Assembly: GCA_020060545.1 (NCBI GenBank)
Contig: JAGUZX010000131.1
Span: 856-64,855 of the forward strand
Length of the DNA: 64,000 bases
Reading direction: 5' to 3'
Origin: Desulfovibrio sp.
GTDB taxonomy: Bacteria; Bacillota; Dethiobacteria; DTU022
Both the position numbers and the translations under genes were made by a program. The notes below the pieces were generated by a model, which was given only the letters and a program-made list of their open reading frames with translations, had not been told where the DNA came from and searched no databases. Positions 19,713 through 28,967 of the stretch are shown in pieces (position 1 is the stretch's first letter; every line of letters starts with the position of its first letter).

Positions 19713-20065
19713 CACATTTATTCGAACTCATTCAAGAGAATAGAGTTGCCGGCCTGGTCCTGCGCGGGGAGCACTGGGACGGGCTGTATGAGATAACCTG
19801 GTCCGGGTTGCCTGTGACCGGCAAAAAGGGGGCACCGGCCCCGCTGCACACGGAGGCGCTCTGGCTGCACTACCTTGCCCGGGCGGACGGGTATCCCCTT
19901 GCCGGGCGGTGGGTTAACTTAAGCGAAATCGGGGAGCTATACTACCAGCAGGCTTTTCAGGGTTATACGGGCGATGCGCTCGCCCGGACCTGGGGTGGAG
20001 CCCTGGAGGGGCTGGAAGGCAAATGCCGCGCGGAGGGCGGGCGGGTCTTCCGCTGCCGGTTATAA
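19709..20065 (+). CDS. DUF3786-like protein, possibly C-terminally truncated
   Basis: The GTG overlaps the MFS stop. ALWLHYLARADGYPLAGRWVNLSEIGELYYQQAF matches my recollection of the DUF3786 core pattern. At 118 aa it is short for that family. Confidence 0.35.
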   Translation: MTHLFELIQENRVAGLVLRGEHWDGLYEITWSGLPVTGKKGAPAPLHTEALWLHYLARADGYPLAGRWVNLSEIGELYYQQAFQGYTGDALARTWGGALEGLEGKCRAEGGRVFRCRL

Positions 20066-20100
20066 GACTGCGGAGGCAACCTTAACAGTCCCCCTGCTTC

Positions 20101-20538
20101 CTATTTGAAAAACCTGATGCTCAAGGGGTAGCGGTAGGCGGTTCCTTCGCCGGCCTTAATCGCGGCGGCAATGGTCAGCACCAGGTGGGAGACGATGAAA
20201 AAGGCGAAGAGGAACGGGATGATTATCAGCAGCGCCCGCGGGGTGGGGCCGCCCGCGACGAGAAAGGCGGTCATCAGCAGGATGAAGTAGGCGAAAACGG
20301 CCAGGATAACGTAGATGGTGAAGGAGAGCTGAAAATTGAGGGACTGCTTGCCGTGTTCATTCACCAGGGGCAGTTCGTCCTTTTTGAGCAGCCAGATTAC
20401 CAGGGGGACCAGGATGTTCCCGAAAGGCACGCCGATGTAGAGGCTGAGAGCGCCCAGGTGGCAGAAAGTTCCCCAGGTGCGTCCGGTTTTGTCCCCTTCC
20501 CGGGGTTGATTTTGCGCTTGTTCGGCTTCCTGTTCCAT
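20101..20538 (-). CDS. DUF4870-family membrane protein
   Basis: HLGALSLYIGVPFGNILVPLVIWLLKKDELPLVNEHGKQSLNFQLSF is the characteristic DUF4870 motif. Confidence 0.7.
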   Translation of the reverse strand: MEQEAEQAQNQPREGDKTGRTWGTFCHLGALSLYIGVPFGNILVPLVIWLLKKDELPLVNEHGKQSLNFQLSFTIYVILAVFAYFILLMTAFLVAGGPTPRALLIIIPFLFAFFIVSHLVLTIAAAIKAGEGTAYRYPLSIRFFK

Positions 20539-20706
20539 TTGATCTTTTCACCCGCTGCATATGGCATTCGTCACTATCCTTGCGCATAGTTTATCCGTAA
20601 AAGCATTCTCTCAAACATGCGCTCAGCCACGTCGCCGCGGGCCGTTTTCTTCCCCGCCGGCAGGAAAATGCGGCGTGGAGGTTGAATATGGTACCAAAAA
20701 GAGAAG

Positions 20707-21801
20707 GTGTGCCCGCCAGGGATGGAACGCAGGGATTTGCTCAGGAAATTGATTTATTCCGGCGGGGCCGGGTTGCTCTATCTTGCCGGGGGAGCCTGGC
20801 TTTTAAAAGCCTGCGCGCGGGCGGAGGAACCCCGAAACGATTTAAAGCCGTGGCAGCCCGCCTATGCCGGGCTGGAGGCGGAGGGCAGGCTGGAAGACCG
20901 AATCGAGCGGGCATACCGGATCTTCGAAAAATGCGAACTCTGCCCGCGCCGCTGCGGCGTCAATCGCCGCAAGGGCGAGGCCGGCTTTTGCCGCGCCCCG
21001 GAGAAGGTGATGGTCTACAGCCACCACCCGCATTTCGGCGAAGAGCTGCCGCTCGTGGGGGGCGGCGGTTCCGGCACCATCTTTTTTTCCAACTGCAACC
21101 TGCGTTGCGTTTTCTGCCAGAACTGGCCCATCGCGCACGAAGGGCGGGGCCAGGCGATCAGCGATGCAGCGCTGGCGGAGATGATGCTGGACCTGCAGCG
21201 GATGGGGTGCCACAATATCAACCTCGTAACGCCCACCCACGTAATGCCGCATATCATCAACGCCACGCGCATCGCCCTGCAGGGGGGGCTGCAGCTGCCC
21301 CTCTGCTATAACACCAGCGGCTATGAGCGCGCTGAGATCGTCGAACTTCTCGACGGCATCGTCGACATCTACCTGCCGGACCTGAAATTCATGGATGGCG
21401 CCGAAGCGGAACGCTACAACCTGGCCGCCGCCGCGGACTACCCGGCGATGGCGCAGGAGGCAATTATCGAAATGCACCGCCAGGTCGGCGATCTCGTCAT
21501 CGACAAGAACGGCATCGCCCTGCGGGGGTTGATGGTGCGCCACCTGGTCATGCCCAACCGGGTTGCCGGAACGCGGGAATTCGTGCACTGGGTGGCCAAT
21601 AACCTATCGGCCAATACGTATGTAAACATCATGCCCCAGTACCGGGTTGAGTACAGGGCCTTTGAATACGAGCGCATCGCCCGCGCCATCACGGCCGAAG
21701 AATTTGTGGAGGCGATGGAATGGGCCGTGGAGGCCGGGCTGACCAACCTGGACCAGAAGTCCCTGATCCAGCTCGAAATATACCGCCACAGGACCACCTG
21801 A
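20707..21801 (+). CDS. PflX-type (COG1313) radical SAM protein with an N-terminal twin-arginine-like/TM extension
   Basis: CELCPRRCGVNR...FC plus the radical-SAM box CNLRCVFCQNW. The N-terminus MERRDLLRKLIYSGGAGLLYLAGGAWLLKACA is absent from the paralog at 37746. The start is uncertain: GTG 20707 or ATG 20722. Confidence 0.8.
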   Translation: MCPPGMERRDLLRKLIYSGGAGLLYLAGGAWLLKACARAEEPRNDLKPWQPAYAGLEAEGRLEDRIERAYRIFEKCELCPRRCGVNRRKGEAGFCRAPEKVMVYSHHPHFGEELPLVGGGGSGTIFFSNCNLRCVFCQNWPIAHEGRGQAISDAALAEMMLDLQRMGCHNINLVTPTHVMPHIINATRIALQGGLQLPLCYNTSGYERAEIVELLDGIVDIYLPDLKFMDGAEAERYNLAAAADYPAMAQEAIIEMHRQVGDLVIDKNGIALRGLMVRHLVMPNRVAGTREFVHWVANNLSANTYVNIMPQYRVEYRAFEYERIARAITAEEFVEAMEWAVEAGLTNLDQKSLIQLEIYRHRTT

Positions 21802-22977
21802 TTACGACCAGCGGCCGGGTATCGCCGTGCCGCAAGCGGGGCAGGAGCCGTTTTCCAGGTTTATCTCGTCGACAACGAAACCCACCCTTTTGATCACAGT
21901 TCCGCCGCAGCCCGGGCAGAAGGTGTTTTCCGCGGCGTGGCCGGTGACCTTCGCGATATAGACAAACTTGAGGCCCGCCTCCATGGCCGTTTCCCGGGCC
22001 TGTTCAAGCGTGGAAACGGGGGTGCGCGGCAGGGCGGAAAGCTTGTAAAGCGGGTAGAAGCGGGCGAGGTGAAGGGGCACCTCCGGACCCAGCTCAGCGG
22101 CGATCCAGCGGCACATAGCAAATATCTTGTTTAAATCGTCGTTCAAGGTGGGGATGACGATATTGGTGATTTCGATATGGACGCCCGCGTTCCGGAGCAG
22201 TTTCAGGCTTTCCAGCACCGGTTCCAGCTCCCCGCCGGCGACTTCCCGGTAAAACACCGGGTCGAAGCTTTTCAGGTCGACATTGGCCGCGTCCAGCTTC
22301 CCGCAGAGTTCCCGCAGCGGCGCGGGCCGGATATAACCGGCGGTATGGATCAGGTTCATCAGCCCCGCTTCCCTGGCCAGGGCGGCGATCGCCGCCATAT
22401 ACTCGTAGAAGGCCACCGGTTCACCGAAAGCATAGCTAACCGCGCGGACATTGGCGGCTTTGGCGTGCGCCACCACCGTTTCCGGCGGCATGGCGTAGGC
22501 ATGCACTTCTTCCGGGGCCGCCAGGGCCATATCCCAGACCGCGCAAAACTGGCACGCCAGGTTGCACCCGGCCGTGGCGATCGAGAGCGCCCGGCTGCCC
22601 GGCGCGACGTGGAAAAAGGGTTTGCGCTCGACGGGATCTTCCTGCACCAGGGCGGGATTGCCGTAGGCCAGGGTATAGCCCACCCCTTCCCGGTTTTCCC
22701 GCACCCGGCAGGGGCCCCTTTCACCCTCCGCCAGGGTGCAGCGTTTGGGGCAGAGCTCGCACTGCACCCGGTCGTTTTCGAGCCTGCTGAACCAGGGGGA
22801 GGGTACGGGGCTGGTATAGCCTTTCGGCGTTGCCGGCGGCGGGCCCGTTTTTGGGGTGCTGCGTTTTGGGGCGCACCCCATATACCCGGCCAGGCACAGG
22901 GCGCAAATAACGGCTGCGCCGCCCTTCAAAAATTCCCGCCTGCTCAGGCCGCCGGCGGGTGCGCTTTTTTCAGGCAT
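21802..22977 (-). CDS. AmmeMemoRadiSam-type / PflA-like radical SAM enzyme with a Tat-like lipoprotein signal
   Basis: GAGGAGG lies 8 nt before the ATG. N-terminus SRREFLKGGAAVICALCLAGYMGC (RR motif plus lipobox). Core CELCPKRC..GPC.., radical-SAM box CNLACQFC, and a C-terminal CPGCG...CPACG zinc-ribbon-like motif. Confidence 0.8.
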   Translation of the reverse strand: MPEKSAPAGGLSRREFLKGGAAVICALCLAGYMGCAPKRSTPKTGPPPATPKGYTSPVPSPWFSRLENDRVQCELCPKRCTLAEGERGPCRVRENREGVGYTLAYGNPALVQEDPVERKPFFHVAPGSRALSIATAGCNLACQFCAVWDMALAAPEEVHAYAMPPETVVAHAKAANVRAVSYAFGEPVAFYEYMAAIAALAREAGLMNLIHTAGYIRPAPLRELCGKLDAANVDLKSFDPVFYREVAGGELEPVLESLKLLRNAGVHIEITNIVIPTLNDDLNKIFAMCRWIAAELGPEVPLHLARFYPLYKLSALPRTPVSTLEQARETAMEAGLKFVYIAKVTGHAAENTFCPGCGGTVIKRVGFVVDEINLENGSCPACGTAIPGRWS

Positions 22978-25472
22978 GGATCAAACCTCCTCGCGATTAA
23001 AAGGACAATACAGGCGGTGCCGTTGGCCATAGCGGCCATCAGGCAGCAGGCGGCAATGCCGAGCACGGGCGCCACCACCGTGCTGGCCAGCACCGCCCCG
23101 GCGCACGCCCCGAACAGTTCCACCCCGTAAACGGCCCCGGCGGATTTTTCGGCATGCCTGTTCAGGGCCATCGCGCATGCTGCCGTGAGCGGGAAATCGA
23201 AGCCGTTGATCAGCCCCCCCGCAAAGGTCAAGAACGAAAAGAGGATGAACACAACAGCCGGGGATCGCACCGCGGCCGCTCCGGGCAGTACCGCTGCAAT
23301 CAGGCCGGCCAGCAGCGCAATCAGCAGCTGGACGCCCGCCAGGATGTTGATGTCATCCTTGGCGGCCACATACCGGTTGGTGCAATAAGCGCCCAGGGCC
23401 AGCCCGCACATGAAGACGGCGACAATCAGCCCCACTGTTTCGTAGATGAAGCCGTAGATGCTTTGGAAAGAAAAAAGTAGGGCGACTTGCAGCGCCATTG
23501 TTGAAAACCCGGTCGTAAATGCGGCGCACAGGATCGCAAAATGGAGGTCAGTCTTTTTCCCGGGGCGCCGCGCGGCTATCCGTAACAGCAGCACCGCCGG
23601 CAGGGGCAAGGTACAGAGCGCCAGGATCCACCAGGCTTCAACGCGCAGCAGCCAGTGCAGCATTTTCCCGCGGCCGGCGCGCGTCAATTCCTCCCCGAAC
23701 ATCAGGGTGTAATAGTAGCCGATCGGCTTAAAGTCCGCATTGATGAAGTAACGCTGCTCCACCGGGGGGAGCAGGCTTGCCGCGCGCTCCTGCTCGGCGA
23801 TGGAACCGGGGTTAAGCGGTCCCGCTGCGGGGCTTGCCAGGTGCGCGCCGGGGCTGCGCCCGTGACTCCGGACGATCCAGTTTACCCGCCGGAGCTGCGC
23901 TTCCGGCAGCAGCGATTGGTAATGCTGCGGTGAAAATCCTTCAGCCTCGATGCCCCGGGCGCGATATCTTTCCTGAAGGGTGGGTATATCCAACGAGACC
24001 TGCCCGGGCGCATTGGAGGCAAAATAGAAGATGAACTGTTCTCCCGCCAAAAGCACGTTGGCAAACACGCTGCCCAGGGTGTGGAAGAGAGTTGCGTTGC
24101 GGTTGGCGATCGCGGCGCCCCGCAGGTCCGGGGTCGATACCGCCCCGATTACAAATACGCCGCCCGGGTTGAGCGAGGCTTCGGCTTCGCGGAAGAATTC
24201 CCTGGTATAGTAGCGGTTCAGGACCGCAGTGGCCGGGCCGGGGGCATCAACGATGATCAGGTCGTACTTTTCCCGCGCCGTTTTCAGGTAAAGCCGGCCG
24301 TCGGCATGAATCAGGCGGACCCGCGGGTCAGCGAGCGCCGCCAGCGTCGCCGGGGAGAGATACGGTTGGGCCGCCCCGGTGAGCGCCTCGTCCAGCTCGA
24401 TGTAATCAATCCGCTCCACCGGGTGCCTGGCGATCTCGCTGAGCAGGCCGCGCATCCCGCCGCCGATCAGCAGGATGCGTGCAGGCTGCGCGTGCTGCAC
24501 CATGGCGAGATGCGCAAATGTTGCCGCTTCCTGTTCTTCCAGCCCGGGCGCCGCCGCCGCAGGGCCGGCGGCGCTGAAAAGCAGGTGCCCGCTTTGGAAA
24601 AAGGTGTACTGGTCCGCACTTTGCACCACGGCGATGGCGCCGTGCTTGGACTGGTATGTTTCAACGAGCCGGTACTGCGGCGCAAAATAACGCCATTGGA
24701 TCCGGTAGGCCCATTGATCGACGCTTCCCAAAAAGGGAAAGGCGAGAACGGCAACCGCCGGCAGCGCCAGAAGCGGCGGGCGGAGCCGCGCCGGCGGGCT
24801 CCCGGTCGCCCCGTTTATAACCAGGACGGCGGCAAGCATCAGCATGCCGGCTAGTACCGCTGATTGAAACGAATTCAAATAGCGCACCAGCAGGAATGTA
24901 AAAATGAGGCCGCCGAGCATATGGCCCGCCGCTTCGCTCACGTAGGTTTTCGACGCGCCGGAGGTATCCGCCGCCCGGTCGCTTTCGCGCCATAGCCTTG
25001 AGATGAAGACAAACTGCGCCCCCAGCAGCAGGCAAGCCGGCGCCATCAGCAGGAAACAGGCCGCCGCCATATCGAGCAGGGAGAGATAGGTTCCGGGAAG
25101 GACATCGAAAAACCCGCGCAGGCCGCGCATGAGCAGGATCGTTGCGGGCAGCAGCGGCACCAATGCCGCCGCACTGATTTTGAGCAGGGTGCAAGGGCGA
25201 TCGGCGCGGCCGGCTACGGCGGCTCCCAGGCGGGCGCCCAGGCCAACCCAGGCCAGCCACGCGGCCAGGATCAGCCCAACCGAGAGTTCGTTCCCTTGAA
25301 ATGCCATCAGGAGCTCCCGTAAAAAGAGGACCTGGCCGATCTGCGAAACGGTGCCGAGCGTGAGCGCCACCGGAAAATGAGACGGCAAACGGCGCAGCAT
25401 CGTTTTGCGGCGGCCCGCCGCCGTTACAAGACCGGGCTTTTCCTGCTTTGTAATGGATTTGGATCCTGACAA
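22944..25472 (-). CDS. Fused polytopic membrane (MFS-like) / spermidine-synthase-like protein
   Basis: 842 aa. N- and C-terminal multi-TM regions flank a class-I methyltransferase/aminopropyltransferase fold: ILLIGGGMRG...IDYIELD...DLIIVDAPGP. The start is uncertain (TTG 25472 or ATG 25400). The 3' end overlaps the next gene by 34 nt. Confidence 0.75.
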   Translation of the reverse strand: MSGSKSITKQEKPGLVTAAGRRKTMLRRLPSHFPVALTLGTVSQIGQVLFLRELLMAFQGNELSVGLILAAWLAWVGLGARLGAAVAGRADRPCTLLKISAAALVPLLPATILLMRGLRGFFDVLPGTYLSLLDMAAACFLLMAPACLLLGAQFVFISRLWRESDRAADTSGASKTYVSEAAGHMLGGLIFTFLLVRYLNSFQSAVLAGMLMLAAVLVINGATGSPPARLRPPLLALPAVAVLAFPFLGSVDQWAYRIQWRYFAPQYRLVETYQSKHGAIAVVQSADQYTFFQSGHLLFSAAGPAAAAPGLEEQEAATFAHLAMVQHAQPARILLIGGGMRGLLSEIARHPVERIDYIELDEALTGAAQPYLSPATLAALADPRVRLIHADGRLYLKTAREKYDLIIVDAPGPATAVLNRYYTREFFREAEASLNPGGVFVIGAVSTPDLRGAAIANRNATLFHTLGSVFANVLLAGEQFIFYFASNAPGQVSLDIPTLQERYRARGIEAEGFSPQHYQSLLPEAQLRRVNWIVRSHGRSPGAHLASPAAGPLNPGSIAEQERAASLLPPVEQRYFINADFKPIGYYYTLMFGEELTRAGRGKMLHWLLRVEAWWILALCTLPLPAVLLLRIAARRPGKKTDLHFAILCAAFTTGFSTMALQVALLFSFQSIYGFIYETVGLIVAVFMCGLALGAYCTNRYVAAKDDINILAGVQLLIALLAGLIAAVLPGAAAVRSPAVVFILFSFLTFAGGLINGFDFPLTAACAMALNRHAEKSAGAVYGVELFGACAGAVLASTVVAPVLGIAACCLMAAMANGTACIVLLIARRFDPCLKKAHPPAA

Positions 25473-25752
25473 ACCATCCTACCCCAATACGGCCGGCATT
25501 TAAGTTTACGTTGTTTCCATGAGAGGATGAATGTCCTGAAGGCCGCCCTGATGATCATAACCTGACCTTTTAACGGCGAATTAGTTGTTTGACGCGAGGC
25601 GCCGGCCAGAATCCCAACCCGCAGCAGCCACGACTGCAATGGGCGGTTTGTAACCGTAACAAAATCGTGGGCGACATGTGCCGCCCCAAGATGCAAAAAT
25701 GGCGCTAGCTACTTAATAATGAACTCCTGGGCGGCCCTTTGTTTGCCGTCGA

Positions 25753-25863
25753 TCAGGCAGACGATTCGGTATTTGCCGGCGTGGTGCTGGTTGTGCAGGA
25801 AACGGTTAAAAGGGAGATTGCCAGCAGAAGGATCAGCGAACCGGCTCTAAAAGCTTTGAACAT
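25753..25863 (-). CDS. Possible 36-aa mini-lipoprotein
   Basis: MFKAFRAGSLILLLAISLLTVSCTTSTTPANTESSA*: signal peptide plus a lipobox-like TVSC. The RBS is weak, so this is very tentative. Confidence 0.2.
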   Translation of the reverse strand: MFKAFRAGSLILLLAISLLTVSCTTSTTPANTESSA

Positions 25864-26014
25864 TGTAGTTCGGCTACCTTTCGTACGTTTTTGATAGTAC
25901 ACGGAGTAAAGTGCCTTTTGATCATTTCCAGGTTCATATTGAAAATTCCTGCCTGTTACAGCTTTTTTTTGGACAGATCCCCGGGTAACTTTAACCCTCT
26001 TTCGTTCGAGGCGG

Positions 26015-26599
26015 TTACGGATCCAAAATTGCTTCCAGCTCCCCGGACGACAGCACTCTGAACAAAGGATCCAGGGGATTGCGCCGGTATAAAGCCAGCA
26101 CTGCTTCATGTATGCTTTCGGAAGAAGCCGCGGTGCAGTCTTCGAGCAATACTGCCTTGAAATCATGACACAGGGCATCCATCGCTGTGGCGAGAACACA
26201 AAAATTGGTGGAGATCCCCGCCACCGCGCAAAGGGTTACTCCCTGCTCATGCAGTGTTATTTCGAGCCCGGTTTGGAAAAAAGCAGAAAACCGGGGTTTG
26301 GGCAGCCACGCATCGGTTTCCGGCCGGTAGTCGAGGCCGCCTGCGATCTCGGCGCCGCCGCTGCCCGCCAGTGAATGTGGTTTCATGCGGCCGCTGAAAA
26401 TAAAATCCTGCGCCCGGAAAGCATCGGTGGAAAACACCACCGGCCAACCGCGTTTCCGGAACACGCCGCTCAAACGGTTAATGGGCGCAATGATCCGGGC
26501 GGCATGCGGCGTAATGGGAAGAGGATGGGCGGGCTCCAAATTGTCTTTCACCATGTCGATGATCAATAGCGCCGGTTTTTCTTTGGATGGATCGTTCAT
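26015..26599 (-). CDS. Isochorismatase-family cysteine hydrolase (nicotinamidase-like)
   Basis: From the internal ATG: MNDPSKEKPALLIIDMVKD... with the nucleophile segment VAGISTNFCVLATAMDA. The track's N-terminal 41 aa are rejected. Confidence 0.8.
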   Translation of the reverse strand: MNDPSKEKPALLIIDMVKDNLEPAHPLPITPHAARIIAPINRLSGVFRKRGWPVVFSTDAFRAQDFIFSGRMKPHSLAGSGGAEIAGGLDYRPETDAWLPKPRFSAFFQTGLEITLHEQGVTLCAVAGISTNFCVLATAMDALCHDFKAVLLEDCTAASSESIHEAVLALYRRNPLDPLFRVLSSGELEAILDP

Positions 26600-27224
26600 T
26601 TGCGCCGGGCGGGAGAAGCAACCGGCAGCGTTGCGGTCATGGCGGTCGCGACGCTCCAGCGCCGCGATTCCATCCGGCGGATAACCTTTTCGGCAGGAGA
26701 GATTTACTCGGGGCCGGCCCATCTAACGGCCTCCTTTGAACGCGAAATTATCCCAGGTTCCGTCTTTCCCCGGTTATTTCCAGGTTTAACATCACTATTC
26801 CTGCTTGCCCCTAGTCTTAAATTTTGGGTTGTCCCTCCGGCTGCTTGAGATGGCGGGAAAAGTGCTAGTTTATAACGAACGGTGCTTTTGGCGAAACATT
26901 TCCGGTCCCGGATTACAAGAGGAGAAGAGTTTTTGAAGCCTGGCCCGGGAAAACAAGAGAATGTTACCCCAACGCCCTCCCCCTGGCATTTAATCCGGCC
27001 TGCCGCCCCCCGGCGCACCCGTACCGTGAAAAAACGGGTTTTTGCTTCTTTTGAAGGAATATTCAAACCGGCGGCGAAAAGATAACCAATACCAGCCTGA
27101 TATATGGCACCGGAATGCGGGGGATTAACCCGGTTCCCAGACCTCTTCAAAACGCAACAGTAATGATTGGCAGTAGACTTTGAGCGGCGATTGGATTACT
27201 GTTAGTGGGGAAGGAGGGGGGATA

Positions 27225-28691
27225 TTGAACCTGAAGGCGCTGGTTAAAGAGAACGCCACCCTCAAGTCTGTATTAAACCATGCCGATGTGGCCGTGCATA
27301 TAGTGGACACGGACGGCATCACCCGGTTTTACAGCAAAGTAGCCGCGGAGATGGACGGCATGGAACCGGAAGAAGTGGTGGGCAAGCATATCCTGGAAGT
27401 TTATCCTTCGCTTACCATCGAATCCAGCTCGCTGCTGAAAGTCCTGGAAACGAAGAAAGCCGTTCTTAACCACCAGCAAACCGTGATCAACCATAAAGGC
27501 CGCGCTGTGACGATGTCGTATTCGACCTATCCCCTGTTTTACAATAACGAGATTGTCGGAGCCTGTGACATTTCACGCGATATCACCAGGATTAAAGAAC
27601 TTTCGGAGCGGCTGCTTGATTTGCAGGCGGAGCTGCTGGGGAAAAGAAACAGCGCCGCGCGCAAAGGCGCCGCCATCCAGGACAGCGTTCCTGTTGCCGG
27701 CGCCCGCTATACATTCAATGACCTGATCGGCCGTGATCAGAAGATGATTGATTTGAAAGTCCTCGGGCAGCGCGTGGCCCGGAGCGGTTCGCCGATTTTA
27801 GTTTACGGGGAAACCGGCACTGGCAAAGAGCTGCTGGTGCAGGCCATCCACAATGCCGGCCCGAACCGGCAAGGGCCGTTCATCGCCCAAAACTGCGCCG
27901 CCCTGCCGGCGACCCTTCTGGAAAGCATCCTTTTCGGCACGGTAAGAGGCAGTTTTACCGGTGCGGAGGACCGGCAGGGCCTCTTTGAAATGGCCGACGG
28001 GGGGATGCTTCTTTTTGACGAGATTAACTCCATGCCGGTCGAACTGCAGGGCAAACTGCTGCGCGTCTTGCAGGAAGGCGCTTTTCGCCGGGTTGGCGAT
28101 CACAGGCTCCGTAAAGTAAACGTCCGGGTGGTGGCCTCCACCAACGTCGACCCGCTGGCGGCGGTGAAGCAGCAGCTGCTGCGCCTGGACCTTTTCTACC
28201 GGCTGAATGTGATCTCGCTGCGGGTGCCGCCCCTGCGCGAACGCCCCGGCGATATCATGGTGCTGGCGGAACATTTTATTGACGAGTATAACCGGCTGTT
28301 CGGCATGCAAGTGCGCGGCTTCAGCGAAAAGGTGAAATATTTGTTTGAAAACCACTGCTGGCCGGGTAATGTGCGGGAGCTTAGAAACTGTATCGAGCAT
28401 GCCATGAATATTGTAGACGGGCCTGTGATTGAGGAAAGGTTCCTGCCGGCCCATGTCACCCAGGCCCAGGGGGGGGGATCCAGGCCCGCGGCAACCGCAG
28501 TGAGCCTGAGCAAGGGGCTCCCCGGGGCGATCAAGCAGCTGGAGAAAGAGGTGATTATGGAAACGCTGGAACAGTGTTCCTGGAACATTTCCCGGGCGGC
28601 CCGCCGCCTGAAGGTGCCGCGGCAAACCCTGCAATATAAACTGAGGATTTTAGGGGTTGCCGGCGGGGCGCTCAGGGAAGCGCCGCTGTAG
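27225..28691 (+). CDS. Sigma-54-dependent transcriptional activator (PAS sensor, AAA+ domain, Fis-type HTH)
   Basis: Walker A GETGTGKE, sigma-54 contact loop GSFTGA, Walker B LLFDEI, R-finger region, and C-terminal HTH NISRAARRLKVPRQTLQYKL. A TTG at 27225 follows GGAGGGGGG; the track start is 27180. Confidence 0.9.
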   Translation: MNLKALVKENATLKSVLNHADVAVHIVDTDGITRFYSKVAAEMDGMEPEEVVGKHILEVYPSLTIESSSLLKVLETKKAVLNHQQTVINHKGRAVTMSYSTYPLFYNNEIVGACDISRDITRIKELSERLLDLQAELLGKRNSAARKGAAIQDSVPVAGARYTFNDLIGRDQKMIDLKVLGQRVARSGSPILVYGETGTGKELLVQAIHNAGPNRQGPFIAQNCAALPATLLESILFGTVRGSFTGAEDRQGLFEMADGGMLLFDEINSMPVELQGKLLRVLQEGAFRRVGDHRLRKVNVRVVASTNVDPLAAVKQQLLRLDLFYRLNVISLRVPPLRERPGDIMVLAEHFIDEYNRLFGMQVRGFSEKVKYLFENHCWPGNVRELRNCIEHAMNIVDGPVIEERFLPAHVTQAQGGGSRPAATAVSLSKGLPGAIKQLEKEVIMETLEQCSWNISRAARRLKVPRQTLQYKLRILGVAGGALREAPL

Positions 28692-28810
28692 GTGCCGGAA
28701 TTCGGGCAGTAATGCCCAATTACCGGCATCGCGGTAGGTAAGTTTAGCTTTGGTTGCTGAAAATTTATTCGAACCGATTTAAATAAGGGCCGGAGACAAT
28801 TCAGGTTAAA

Positions 28811-28826
28811 TGGTATGAAAATTGCA
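28811..28826 (+). promoter_or_regulatory. Sigma-54 (-24/-12) promoter upstream of nhaC-family gene
   Basis: TGGTATGAAAATTGCA has GG-N10-GC spacing and fits TGGCAC-N5-TTGC. The 15-mer is identical to the one at 32666. It lies 140 nt upstream of the GTG at 28968 and directly downstream of the activator gene. Confidence 0.7.
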
Positions 28827-28967
28827 ATAATTTTTACTTCAAGTTGACTTTGCTAGCCGCTGCAAAATTTGATGCCCCATTGCTCTCGAGGGAGGTGAGG
28901 CGGCCGGTTATAGGTTAATGGTCTGACCCGGTTTTGCATTATTATATCTTAAAGGAGGTATGTCTAA

